64,000 nt of DNA from Takakia lepidozioides (GCA_030704615.1 CM060731.1:72230001-72294000); one strand, 5' to 3'; counted from the stretch's first letter, positions 1 to 12,677 are shown. Notes: a model not told the origin generated them from the letters alone. Program-made: numbers and translations.

Positions 1-177
1 TCCCGAATGTGGATGTAGATCACAAAATATCATGCTCAAATTCATGGGCTGACCGATAAAAATTCAATTCATACTGAGATTCTGCAACTCTTCTGGAAGT
101 AATGCATTGGTTAACAGTACCTCAGGAAGCCATTGACAGACCCTAGCGTACCTAAATGGATTAGAACAGTTAAGTAA

Positions 178-2174
178 TCAACTACCACATGTGGTGTGTA
201 CATGGTTGCAATCCAATACTGAAAGTGCTTGTATCACCTGGCCCTGCTCACGGTCCATCAGCTTGGAAAGACCAAAATCAGAAACTTTCGGGCAATATAC
301 ATCATTCAGCAAGATGTTCTGGGGCTTAATGTCCAAGTGAATGATCACCTCCTGACACCCCTGGTGTAAGTAGGCTAATCCTCGAGCAGTCCCCAATGCA
401 ATGTTGAACTAGGTCTCCCAATTTAGGAAGCACTCAGGTTCATCACTGAAAAGCAATTGATCAAGGGAACATTGCCCATACACCAACAAACAGTGTGGGC
501 CTTGACAGCAAAACCCTCTTAGTCGAACCAAGTTGACATGATGGATGCTGCCAATAGTGGCCACCTCTGCTCGAAACTCTTTATGCCCCTGTTTTGCGCT
601 CTCTAATCTCTTCACAGCAACTCTGGTACCATTGGGGAGAACACCCTCATACACTGCCCCAACCCCACCTTCTCCAAGATTTTGACTGAACCCTTTGGTA
701 GCTACATATAGTTCTTGGAGTGTAAATCTTGGAGGTAGTCCAGGTAGAGTGTCCAGAAAGGAATCATCCTCTGATTAACCCTGCACGCCCTGCACGACTT
801 TTCCATAAACGCCACCACAAGGTGGAAAGAATGATGAAGAAAGCATCAATGACCCCAGTTAAAATAAGTGCCACGGTCAAGGATGATCGCTTTACGGCTG
901 TCGCCAACATTATTCTGTCATTTGCAACCTTGAGGTATGCAATGGATGTCAAATCATCAACTGCCCGCAAAGTCATGAGTGCTGCATAGGAAAGGTAGCT
1001 GGATCCATTGTACACGAAAGCTGCAGTACAACTGCAGTTCTGCAAGCAACTCTTCTTGTTCTCATCTGGCGTCAAGGGGACAGGGGCATCAAGATAATAG
1101 TTGGGGAAGTACATCACACCCACCACCTCCATAAAGTGTTGTCCAACTGGGTCCCCACATGTCAGGTTGCGGGGTGGGATACAGCCCTTAGAGCTGTTAT
1201 TTACATATAAGTAACGGAAGGAATCACTGGTACTATTGCCTTGTGGGCAAGTACATTGATTAGATTGACAGATCTCATAAGACGCACATGATCAGGGAAA
1301 ACATCAAAATCAGTGGCTCTACTGCTAGTTGATGACCATGAATATGTTCTGAGGTTGCCGTCTGATTCCAGCCTTAGAATCCTTACAACGGGAGTGGTAT
1401 TTTGATGGGAATATGAGAGCGTATTGTCATTTTGGGCGGGGTTAAGTGCACACAGGTTGGAGATATTTCGTCAGAGAATGCCTCAGACCCACTAGAATTC
1501 TGGTACATAATGATCTGCCCATCAAACACAAATTCAAGGGATGTTGGGTACTTGCATGTGCGTAGTACGGAGTAGGAATCATTCCTACCAAAGTAACCCC
1601 AAGACCAATAGGGCAGTGGCGTAAGCTTGCTCCCTGCCTGCTGCACCTGCATAATACCGACCTGAAGGCTTTGCCCTCCTGCCAGACTGTCGATTGGGTA
1701 GTCAAAACGTAAGAGGTCTCGAGGCCTATCCAGTCCAATTGAAATTCCCTCAATTCTACACTGTACCCATTTCTGCTCGATTTCTGTACACATAGTAGGA
1801 TCCGGTTCCTTGAAATTCTATACCATGAAATGTTTTGGCCACAGATTGGTAGCGTTCAGTAGCACATGTACCTGCCAGGTTGTCCACTGTGCCGGGAAAG
1901 TTAAGAAAGGTTGCAAGAAGAAAGGCATCAGCAGTGTAGTTGAGGAAGCCAAAAGTGAAGGTGCCATCTTGGTCGAGTGAAAAAATTGACTCAACTCCCG
2001 GTCCTCCGGATCAAGGGTAACACTATTCTGACCAGCAGTGCCAAAGATTGATCCACTTGGGACTCGATACTTGGTTCCGCATGCTCTATATGTTAGTAAC
2101 AACAACGAGATAAGTACGATACAAAGACAATGCAACCCCTCACACAGGTAACAGCATTGACTATGCATCCGCAT
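178..2174 (-). pseudogene. S-domain (B-lectin/EGF/PAN) receptor-like kinase pseudogene, SD2-like
   Basis: Domains are collinear but split over several ORFs: signal peptide-like start (2174), lectin/SLG-like segment, PAN-like CLQNCSCTAAF and a TM helix (764-1132), kinase VAVKRL..EFRAEVATIGSIHHVNLVRLRGFC, then [21 protein letters not shown]. There are frameshifts and an in-frame TAG at 409-411, and similarity ends just after DFG (no APE or later subdomains). Confidence 0.9.
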
Positions 2175-2612
2175 TGCCGCTAGTTACTCAGGTATAGGAT
2201 ACTCGGCCATACATGAAGTTCGTCCAATAGACTCTTGATCGTATATCATGTGCAACTGGAAGTGTTCTGGAAACAGAGAGAAAGGAAAATTGAGATACCC
2301 AACTGGGCTGCGGGAACAAGTCCTTCAGCAGCAGTGATTCCAGCGCCCGCAGCCTGAGCAGGGGAGCTCCCCCCCTTGTTTGTGCTCCTGTTACTACTCC
2401 CGCTCCATTGTGTTATTGATTGCTTCCCCCAAGCAAGGGTGCGAGAGCAGGGGAGCATAAACAGAGGGGAGCACTAAGCGAACAGGAGAGTGGGAGAGCG
2501 GGAACAGGGAGCGACACAACGAGAGCAAAGGAGCAAAGGGTTGGGAACATGGAGCATGGTATGTATGAATACGTATACGAAATATTATACGTATAGGGTA
2601 ATGCCCCTTGTC

Positions 2613-2683
2613 CGGTGCATTCTGCATTTCGGAATGCACTCGAGGGAGCTCATGGGGTGCATTCCGAAATGCAGAATGCACCG
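2613..2683. repeat. Perfect 27-bp inverted repeat with 17-nt loop
   Basis: CGGTGCATTCTGCATTTCGGAATGCAC (2613-2639) is the exact reverse complement of 2657-2683. Confidence 0.95.
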
Positions 2684-2698
2684 CGATGAATTATGCTT

Positions 2699-2894
2699 TT
2701 TAACGGCACGATACATACAAAGAAAATTTTGTGGCAGTGCTTTACGTATAAACGTAGATACCGGGAACGGCATCTGGGGCCGGGCGCAGTTGCCGGAACA
2801 GGGTGAGCAGGCGCTGCATTTCAAGTTGTGCTTCCCGCTCGGTATTGGCCCTGTAGCTCTCTTGTGTTTTGCGTTGGAGGTGCTGAGAGAACGG
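2699..2894 (+). promoter_or_regulatory. Possible MSA (AACGG) G2/M elements upstream of the MAPKKK
   Basis: AACGG cores at 2702, 2766 and 2890, within 240 bp of the inferred ATG. The motif is short and could occur by chance. Confidence 0.35.
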
Positions 2895-2934
2895 ATTGTG
2901 GAGATCATGCGCGATTTCTGAGAGTGTGTGCAAG

Positions 2935-5386
2935 ATGCGGGGCAATGGGAGTGGGAGGTTGGGAAGCCCCCGTTCGATTCGATGGCGGAAAGGCGAGCTC
3001 ATCGGAGCAGGTCAATCTCTTGCAGAGGTTTATGTTTTGCGCATTTGTTTTGGTGTTGCGTGCTGAAATACCGTTTCCTTGAGACCATTCACAGTATGCT
3101 ACTCTTAAAGTTACAATGCGCATGTAAAGGACCATACGATGATTGTCTGAAAGGAAGGTAGGCAGGCCACATTGACCTCATCAGAACAGGTATATTGGGT
3201 TTTCTCGAGAAGATCAGCCCGAGTATTTCCTACCAGGGTTTCAGGTGCAGCGGTCGTACTGCCAAATAAGTGCTCGGGTATTTCGCCTTTCGGAGAGATA
3301 CTAAGCATTTGAAACTTCTGGTAGGCGATGCCTGGTGTTTGGTCTCGGTTCCTTCACATTCCAGTGGACTTCTTGTTGCCAGGCATATTCTGTATGTATG
3401 GGTAAAACACGAAAGTGGTAAAATATTACAGGATTTCATTACATGATCCACATAATCAAGCCCTCGATGACAGTAGTGCAGAGTCTATGTAAGAAAATGC
3501 TCACACATTCTATTCGACAATGCACATTGTCCAGGCAGCAAGGTATATGAATCTAACCATTTGAAACTTAAAAGTGTGGTGCAGGTGCTTATGGTCGTGT
3601 TTATATGGGCCTCAATCTGGACTCGGGAGAGCTCATTGCGGTCAAGCAGGTTGGCATTGCAGTCAACAACAGCACAAAAGAGAGGGCGCGAGCGCACATG
3701 CAGGAGCTCGAAGAAGAAGTGAAGCTTCTGCAAAACCTTTCCCATCCGAACATTGTGCGCTACCTAGGGACTGCAAGAGAGGAGGAGGCCCTCAACATCT
3801 TCCTTGAATTTGTCTCAGGCGGGTCAATTTCTTCTCTCCTAGGCAAGTTCGGAGCATTTACAGAGCCTGTGATACGGATGTACACCCGGCAGCTGCTGCT
3901 GGGACTTGAATACCTTCATAGCAACCATATAATGCACCGCGACATCAAGGGGGCCAACATCCTCGTGGATAACAAGGGTTGTATCAAGCTTGCTGATTTT
4001 GGTGCTTCCAAAAAAGTAGTTGAGCTGGCAACAATTTCAGAAGCAAAATCCATGAAAGGTACACCCTACTGGATGGCCCCTGAGGTCATCCGGGGGACTG
4101 GCCATAACTGGCAGGCTGATATGTGGAGTGTGGGCTGCACTGTGATAGAAATGGCTACTGGAAAACCCCCATGGAGCCAGCAATTCCAAGAGGTGGCAGC
4201 CTTGTTCCATATTGGAACCACTAAATCACATCCTCCCATCCCTGAACATCTCTCCCTTCAAGGTAAGGATTTTCTTCTCAAATGCCTCCAGAGGGAGCCC
4301 AGGCTGAGGCCTAGTGCAACTGAGCTTTTAAAGCATCCCTTTGTGCTTGACTGGGAGACTCAAGGAGGGTTGGAGAGCTCTGAGGATTTGCTTCTTCCTT
4401 GTCAATCCGTTCAAATGGGGACTGGAATTGACAGTTACAATCCAATCTCAGAGCCCTCTTTCGTTGATGAAAGAAACTGGAGGTTGAATGGGACTGCAAA
4501 TGGAACGCTGTCTGCTGCACCCCTCGTCAAAAAGCTAGTGAGTCCGGAATCTGCGCACACTATGGAGAGTCACGGGGTGATGGGAAGGTCTTTACAGCAG
4601 GGGGATGAAATTGGGACGTGGAATGATAGTTTCAACCCTATCTCAGAGCCCTCTTTTGTTGATGGAAGCCACTGGATGTTGAACAGAACTGGAAATGCAG
4701 AATTGACTTCTGCACCCATTGAAAAAGAGCTAGCAACCCTGGGAGATGCACAAACTGTGGAGAGTCTTGGGGCAATGGGAACATCTTTACAGCAGGAGGA
4801 TGAAGATGAAGTTACAGAGTCAAAGATCCGTGCCTTCCTAGATGAGAAGGCTCTGGAGCTGAAGAGGCTACAAACACCATTGTATGAGGAGCTCTACAGT
4901 CTCTGGAATGAGAAAACTCAAACAGCTCTTGGACCTACAGAAAGCTTCATAGCACCTTTGAGCCCTGCAGTTGCCAGACCACCTGCTCCATGCAGCAGCA
5001 AATCACCCAGCAAAGGAAGTAGTTTGAGTGGGAGATCAGTGGGGATAAGAAGCAGCCAAGAGAGCGAGACTAGCGTGAGCTCTGGTAGCCCAAGTGGAAG
5101 TGGGGCGCCTACCAGTGTCAATTGCTCACCTCTTGTAGAGATTCCATCTCCCAGATTGAATGAATGGAGAGGGCTGCTTCATGATACCCAGCAGCCTTTA
5201 CCAAGCCCTAGCCTGAGTTCAAGTGAGCGCCAAAGGCTCTGGAAAGAGGAGCTTCAGCAAGAACTTCAAAAGAAACGGGAGGAAAAGCGTAAGCTTTCTC
5301 AACAGGTCTGCAATTCTCCATCCCCATCTAAGGAAAAGACCCTCCATCGATATGGCAGTCGCCTGGCTCCTATGCCCCAATTATAG
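2935..5386 (+). CDS. NPK1: NPK1/ANP-type MAP kinase kinase kinase; join(2935..3010,3585..5386)
   Basis: Exon 1 MRGNGSGRLGSPRSIRWRKGELIGAG splices via a GT..AG intron (3011-3584) in frame to AYGRVYMGLNLDSGELIAVKQV. Kinase motifs HRDIKGANILV, DFG and KGTPYWMAPE are present, as are ANP-type C-terminal motifs EVTESKIRAFLDEKA..LKRLQTPLYEE and SERQRLWKEEL. AATAAA at 5599. Confidence 0.92.
4418..4806 (+). repeat. In-frame 195-bp (65-aa) tandem duplication in the MAPKKK regulatory region
   Basis: ATCTCAGAGCCCTCT occurs at 4445 and 4640. The peptide DSYNPISEPSFVD...SLQQGDE recurs as DSFNPISEPSFVD...SLQQEDE. Confidence 0.92.
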
Positions 5387-6745
5387 GAGCTACTGTTCTT
5401 CAACCTCATTTTGACACCACTTGTTGACAGGTCTTGCCACCTGTGGGTGTCGATCATGATTACTTCTCCTCACTTTCACAACCCTCCCTCTCATAAGCTC
5501 CATATGGTAGGTCAGGTTTCTGTCACTCTTTCAATCAAGAGTTGTGGGTTATGTTAGCTCCCTCTTTTACTTTGTAAAGTCCTTGTTTGTTTCTCGCAAA
5601 TAAAGCTTATAGAGATGTTTTATTCAATCCAATGTATTGGAGTAGAAGCATATACACTCAGTGCTCACCTTGCAGTGGTTTTTGAGCAGAGTCGTTTGCC
5701 TTGTCACAGGGGTGCCCCTTTCCAGAGCCTCATCAGTCCTCCTTTCCTAAAGTAAATAGATTGAGAATGGGGCAGAGAGCTGCAGACCTGACCTGGTACA
5801 AGATCAGGGTGCCCAGAACCGGCAAGATGGTCATGCCCCAAAACATGCTAAAAGAAGAGCCAGCTTTTCTCAAGGACTGAAAAGTCCTAACCGCATATGT
5901 TTGGGTCTATGGCCACAAGGCTAGGTAGGGCAAACAAAGTTTCATGATTACATTCTACACTCATATTGGATAAAGGATGTTCGTGGCAGAAGCAGAATGC
6001 TGGGAAACTGATGGAGTTGAGAGCTTTGTGGTCTGAATTTGAGTGTTCAGTGGCATTTTACATGCTAGTTCATGTGCATTTGGTCATTGCTATGATTCCC
6101 TTCTGCGGTCTGTAGGAATGTCATGATATATGAAATCTAGCAGTGGTTACTGGATTGGACAATGCGGCATGTGATTGTCCATCAAGACAGGGCTGATGGA
6201 ATGAATGGTATCCACAAATACCCTGTAATCGCGTAATGACAGGAGCTGCATAATCTCTCTGCAGCTTGACACACCAATGAGACCACCTATTATATGCTCA
6301 CCAACAGCGGACCCAAAAGCATCCTAACATGAAATTGATCCAGTACGTAGCCTCAAAAGTGCATATAACAGGGTCATTGGGTAAGTCCATGTCTGTACTC
6401 TTGCGAGAATACTGTTTCCTCCTTTCATATTCAGCTCGTAGTGAGGCAGTCTACAGTCTAGACTTCTTCTCTCTGGTCTGAGTTTTTGTGAAAACCTTTT
6501 ACTGCATCCTACATGTATTCTTGATGCTTTTTTGGTTTGATCTGCAACACTCCACTGTCGGATTGTCTTCCTCCACGAAAGAGGCGTGATGAGGACTAAT
6601 TAGCAAGCAGGACAAGTTGCGGGATGTTGTTAGGAGGTTCATCCGTGAGGAACATCATTTCATCCATCACGTCACCTTGCGAAGGTCGCGACTGCGGAAG
6701 GCTCTTTCTCACGTTGTGGAGTGTTTATAGTTGTTTGAGAGCAGC

Positions 6746-9700
6746 ATGGGAGACTTTGCGGATGATGATGTATTTACGCGCCACCATATCCTAGAGGATT
6801 TAGAGCACGCTTGGGCAGGAGAGGACGCAATAGTTTCAGCAGAGGAGGCAATTGTTTCAGCAGAGGATGCAGGTCAAGTTTCAATTTGTCGTAGCTTGGT
6901 GGGAGATTGGCAGGGAACTTTCTTCGTAACAATTTGTCCAAATGTAGGAAAATGAGACTTGACGCTCAAGATTGGCGAGTGGAGACAAGTCTGGATGTGT
7001 TAACAGTATATTAAAACAGTTTTCTCTGCATTTTATCTCACGGCCGAAGGGTGCTGTTTCCTGCCTGAATGCATTCCTGCAAATATCCAGCGTTGATCAG
7101 GAATTTGTCTTTTAAATGTGGACAAGTACAATGCTAAACTGTCCATACAAAGATTGTGGTTCCATGCAGCAAGGAATGTCTGCCAACATTATATCGACTC
7201 CTACACTCGTCCACTCAATAAATGAAATTTCTCAGATCGAGATGGTTTACATAAGGCGCCACTACACATTGAATAGGTCCTGCCCCCGGAGTTAGCAAGG
7301 AGGCAAAATGGGAAGACGTAATGAAGGTTTCATATTTGGTAGGATTTATTCAAATTTCTTGAAGGTGCCTCGTTGCCTCTGGTACAACTCGGCTCTCACT
7401 GCATTTATTCGGGTACAGACAACGGCCAAGTGAAGATCAAGAAAAGAGGAGGTAGAAGGCACAAGAGTCAATGGATGAAGAAGCCAATGGCATTGTCTGA
7501 GGTCATTCTGGAGCTGCAGGATGAGGATCTGCGAGAGAACGCACTCCGATGCTTGAGTGGCCATCTCATTGAAGTCTCTCTCTCTCTCGTTTTATTGCTT
7601 TTGGGGGCTGGATGTTGGGGTCCCCACTATTCTGTCCTGTTTACTCTTTTTGCCTTTGCCCGTGGACGTTAGTAAAGTCACTCTCTGTGAGGGTTTTGAG
7701 GCTTTCTCAGTGTCTATTTTAACAAATGTAGCGCAATGTTTCTTGCAGAGAAGAGAGCAAGATGTTGACTACTATCGCAATGCCGCATTCCTTCTGTACA
7801 ACTCATGTAGTACTCTTGCAATCTTGCTTCAGGTACACAACATCAGTCTATTTCTCAGTGCAAAGGGCAAGCAATACATTGTCCTTCTGGTTCATTTGTT
7901 CTTTGGTAGACCAAGTGCACAATGTGTTGCCCTGCACATATTTGGACTGTCTTTAATATAAAGGGACATATTTAACATGTTAGAGTTTATCCTATTTTGG
8001 AGGCAGAAATGTGGCAGGCTCTTGATGGCACTTGTCTCGGTTCAACTTGGAAGCCTTTGCTTTCAGTCATAGAAAAATTGTTGTTGCTTTGCAGTACACA
8101 TTAAAACGAGAGTATATATTGACAATTGAAATGGCTCAGAATTCATCGTTTGCTTGCTAACTTGAATCAGCTAGTCAAGCAAACCTTTTCACCTTCATTT
8201 TATTGTTCAAATCTATCTGTTTTCTCGTCTGTATACCCTCCTTTAAGTTGCTGTGCTGTGCTGAAATATGGACAGTTCCATATACAGGTTCATGAGAACA
8301 AACTCTCACACAGTAAGACAATGGTTAACCACCAAAAGGTAATTTTGTTATTACTCTCCCTGTCACAGGAGATAGTTTCATCCTACACAAGACTTGCTGT
8401 AGGTGACCTGAATGTGAGAGGATCCAAGCGCCTGGCGAACGTGTTAACTCTTTTCCAGGTAGACAGAATTGCTCTGCCTCATTTATCAGTGTTCTCTAAA
8501 CAACATTTGAGATTACAGAGATATACTGGGCACTGGAAGTCTGTTAGCTTCTAGTAGCAATAGTTTTAAATTGCATGTGTGCAATTTGAGGTGTGACTGG
8601 TAAGAAGTAAATGCAGAGCATAGCTGCGAATGAAGAAACTCGCATTCCATATGTGCAAGGTAACTACTTGCCTAAATTGCCTCTAATCATATGTACACTA
8701 GCTCATTGTAAGTGGCTCTGCCTTATCTGGTAGACAATGGGGCTGCTAGTCAATAGTCATCAAACTGTCATAATTGGTCCTTGCCAGGTCTTGCCAAAAC
8801 GAGGTTAGCATTAGTCATTTACACTTGGTTTGCTGGAGACCTGTCATTCTGACCTGTCTATGGAATTGTAAACATTTTCTCTTTGTCTGCAGCTTCAGCA
8901 TCATTTAATTGGCAATTCCTATTAATCACCCTCAAAAAGACTCCAAATATTGTTCACTGATGCTTCCAACTTGCTCTGAAGCAAGCATGCCAGATCTTTT
9001 GCTTCCGTTCATCCTGTCAGCATACACAGAGGAGGTTTATGAGAATATCCGAATAATATCTCTATCCATCATCGATCTTACTTGCAAGGTCCTGTTTTCC
9101 TTGCCAATCCAAAGATGTCTATTTGTGCCATCAATCAATGCTAAATTGCATGCAGTTGTAGATGTGCTGCACTCTGTTTATGATAGTCTTGTTTTATCTT
9201 GGTAAACATGCTCGTTTTTGCTCTGCATACGATTTCACAGGCTTCCGAGGAGGAAGTAATTCAATGGGCGCTCAACAATGACCTCATTGCAGCTTGTGTT
9301 TATGCAATTGAAGTTGGAAGCAGGCTCTCAAAAGTGGTGATTTTTTCTTGTTTCCTTATATCAATGTGTTCTTTATCTATGCGAGAGGATGATCAAAAGC
9401 TGCTCATTAAGGACAGTCTATCCTGAGGAGAGGAAAAAGAGAGGAAGAGGGAAAGAGTCAATGGAGAAAGAGATGAAGATGTAATTGGATGATTGATGGA
9501 GGTGAAAAGACATAGGAGCGGGAATTATAAACATCAGGAGGCAGGACTGCTTTTGCTCTGAGCTACAACTTGTACATAGTCACACTGTCTTGTTTTCAAG
9601 GGACAAACAACCTCATGAGCATCTCGTAAACGTTCTAACAGTTTCGAATGAGAACTTACAAGGTGATGGGGTGACTCCACAGATCTCGATGTCAATTCTG

Positions 9701-11066
9701 GAATCAATACTCCGAGACAAAAGTGCCCTTGCTGCTATTTCTGATCCAACTTCCACTCTTCTTATGGACATCTTGAAAATGCTTGTAGATCTGGTGAGAC
9801 TTTCTACTTGTAAGTACAAATACTTCTGATGATGCCAGAAGTGACCAGACTGCAGCCTCTTGATTTACTACCAACATAATATCGGGTTGTTGCTCACTTA
9901 CCACCGCATAGGCAGAAAACATTTTAGCCCACCACCTCTGTTGTCTATTTGTTTCAAGGTGGCTGTATTGGCTGTGGCCCAAGACTTTTCGCCCCGCCTA
10001 ATATTTCATGTGATCCGAACCTATGTTCTACTTTGTCAGCATCCCAGGTATTCTTGAATGTTCTGCATAGACCTGATATTCTAGGCATGATTTATTGTGT
10101 CAGTTATTGGCTCTCAATACCCACCACCATATAGATCAACCCTTTTACAGATGGCCTACTCATGGGTCAATGTGGATTTTTTTCTATTGCAGAAAGAAAT
10201 ACCCAGTCTGGATGAGAAGTGCAAGCTTCTTATTCTCTCTGCTTGCTTTCCTCTCAACCAACCTAAATATTTGGAATTCCAGTCAACTTACCACTGCCTT
10301 GTCAGGCCCTAAATTCTACTAACTTCGTATGGACATTGCTGTGCCTGAACTCAGAGCTTTGGAGTTGGTCAAAGAGCATCTGCCGCAGCAACTGCTGGAT
10401 CATACATTCCATGATTTCAAAAAGGTATCATGGCTGCCAGTATCTTCCCAACAAGTAGCATCTTCAGTACTGGAGTGTCTCAGAAGTGGTTGATGGAGTG
10501 GAAGTCAGCTGAGCTTGTGCATACGTTGGCCACAGGCTGGCTGCTTAATTCACCGAAGTCTATGGATATGAAAAAAGAAGCAGGTGAGACAAAAGCCAAT
10601 GGGCACATAAAAAGTTAAAGCCAGCTAATGCTAATAACTGGTTGTTTCTTGTCAATGAATGTCTCGAGGATGATATCACTGAACCATTTTGAATGACATG
10701 TAGGTGTATCCACTTTTCAGAAATCTTCAGCACCAGCTGCTACTCAACACAGGGAAGGCCAAGACCTGTTTGCCTCATGTGTCACCAGACTCTGAGATTC
10801 AAAGCCCAGCAATTTCTCCACCCCTGGACTTTTGTGCTGAAATCATGATCAATCCATTCCCCAAATCGAGCCCTACTGAGGCCCCCAAAACCACTCCACA
10901 GACTCCATCTGATATGGCCACCCCACTGCGCCCTCTTGACCTGAACAAGCATGAGTGGTCCTCCTCTGCCAGGCTGGCATCAGCAATGGAGTTCTCACTG
11001 CTACTATCCAGCAAGCAAACCAATGATACTGCAGGGATTTCTGGATTGGAAAACATCTCATTGTGA
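6746..11066 (+). CDS. Divergent Rcd1/CNOT9 (CCR4-NOT subunit 9)-like protein, about 11 exons; N-terminus uncertain
   Basis: GT-AG bounded exons give LRENALRCLS / LLYNSCSTLAILLQ / EIVSSY..NVLTLFQ / SIAANEETR / LLLPFI..YENIRIISLSII / AIEVGSRLSKV / ESILRD / SPRLIFHVIRTYVLLCQHPRA / LPQQLLDHTF / LQHQLLLN. This is collinear with the Rcd1 armadillo repeats (LRENAL..GTIAALLQEIV..GSELSK..SRLLKHIIRCY). Confidence 0.8.
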
Positions 11067-11644
11067 GTTCATGGTCGAGATTTGTGATTGTGCTAGCCAA
11101 AGCTGGACGCAGGTACCAGTTGGTTATATTGCAAATTGCTTTGCCCGGCCCGGTGTGAGGTTTGTTGGTACATTCTACAAGCAGTGCTGGTAGGCAGGCC
11201 CCACTGACAAAATGCCATGAGGGATAGGGCCCCCAAATTTAAGTAGACAGTGTGGTCTCCCTTCAGTCTTACTTCCCAATCATGTCACTGCAGCATATGA
11301 TTCAACTAACTGACTCAAACTTCGGAACCCCAAGAGACTCTTCACAGCTGAGCCAATTCACCTTCTGGTGTCTTTTTTGAGGTGTGCATCTGACTGGGTT
11401 ATTGGAGTGTTTTTGTTCCATGGTATGAAGCTGGCGTGAGCCATCTGGTAGTACTAGTACCTGAGGAGTAATTTCCAAGTAGAACTTGTTCAATTAGTGG
11501 TAACTCGCATTTCTTTGGCTAGTGAGGAACTCACTTCTATTCCATTTTATGGTCCTGTGCACCCTGGCAGCAGACTGTTGTTGTGTCAAGGGTGAACACT
11601 CCAATTATTTCCTTCTTAGAAAAAATTTCAGGGGGTTTTGCAGA

Positions 11645-12544
11645 TCACTTTATCACGGTGGACGCAAGTGTGGGATTTTCCTGCAGAGGACAGTGCACCC
11701 ATTGCATGAACCCCTTGGGCTTCTTATCTTGCAGGTGTGGCTGCAGGTCCGTCCAGTGAGCACTGGGACGATAGCTAGCACTGTGCAGTTGCAGCGACGA
11801 CTCAAAGTAGGGAATCAAGCCCACTGTGAGAAGTCCCCCAAGCAACAGCACAACCACAAGTTCAATGATCAACATCTTCTTGAAACCCTTGTCATGGTAA
11901 GGCCTCTCGAAGTCATCCCATCTGGGCGAGTGAAGGCCACCGTGTTCATCATTTGCAACCGCGTTGTAGAGGGGATTATCGTTGTACAAAGAACAGTCTG
12001 GAGGGGCTCCCAAGTCCTTCTCGCATACGGGGCACCCAGCCCTAAAGCCTGAGAAAGGAGAGAGAGCTGTCACGCTTGAGACATCGACATCGCTTGCCTC
12101 GCTTGTGTCTGAGAAATTAGGGTTGAATTGTTCGCGTTTGAGCTGTGCATGCAGACAAAGCGGGGGCAAGTCCTGGCTCCTCACCTCCACGGTCGAATCG
12201 CAAACACTGCACTTGCGTGCATCAGGAGGAGGGGAGGGTGCAGCTGGAAGGGTAGGTTGGAGAACGAGACGTTTGCGTTTCGGGGTGGAGGGGGGGTTCA
12301 ACCTCGGAGCCCCTATGGACTTTCTCCCGGATATCCGCCGCTTCACAATCTTCCCTGGGAAAGCAAACTTAGGAAGGGCATAGTTGGGGCTGTCGGTTTC
12401 ATAGCTGAGATTTTCGCAGAAATGCATATGCCGGCCTTTCTCGATGCTGTTATTGCTCGGTACGCTGCAAGTTTCAGAGAAATCATAAGCATCTGCAGAT
12501 GCAAGCAAGGAATTTGGGTGATCGTTGCTGATCACCCCTGTCAT
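11645..12544 (-). CDS. Hypothetical single-exon protein (299 aa) with C-terminal transmembrane helix
   Basis: Long open frame with first ATG at 12544, preceded by a CT-repeat 5'UTR-like tract. It has basic clusters (KRRISGRK, PKRKR), two CxxC motifs and a hydrophobic stretch MLIIELVVVLLLGGLLTVGLIPY. No family recognised. Confidence 0.6.
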   Translation of the reverse strand: MTGVISNDHPNSLLASADAYDFSETCSVPSNNSIEKGRHMHFCENLSYETDSPNYALPKFAFPGKIVKRRISGRKSIGAPRLNPPSTPKRKRLVLQPTLPAAPSPPPDARKCSVCDSTVEVRSQDLPPLCLHAQLKREQFNPNFSDTSEASDVDVSSVTALSPFSGFRAGCPVCEKDLGAPPDCSLYNDNPLYNAVANDEHGGLHSPRWDDFERPYHDKGFKKMLIIELVVVLLLGGLLTVGLIPYFESSLQLHSASYRPSAHWTDLQPHLQDKKPKGFMQWVHCPLQENPTLASTVIK

Positions 12545-12677
12545 TCCCGTTTCTCTAACCTCCGTGGCTGACTGTCTCCGACAGTGCGTCCAGTACCGTT
12601 CTCCCTGTTGATTCTGTTTCACGTGAAAGTGAGAAGAAAAGGTTGACACCCTCTTTATGGAAAGGTCACATGGATCC

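Noticed and set aside
2394-2921. ORFs 2490-2921(+), 2394-2681(-) and 2585-2908(-) sharing RCILHFGMH
   Set aside because: The shared peptide is simply the palindrome read on both strands.
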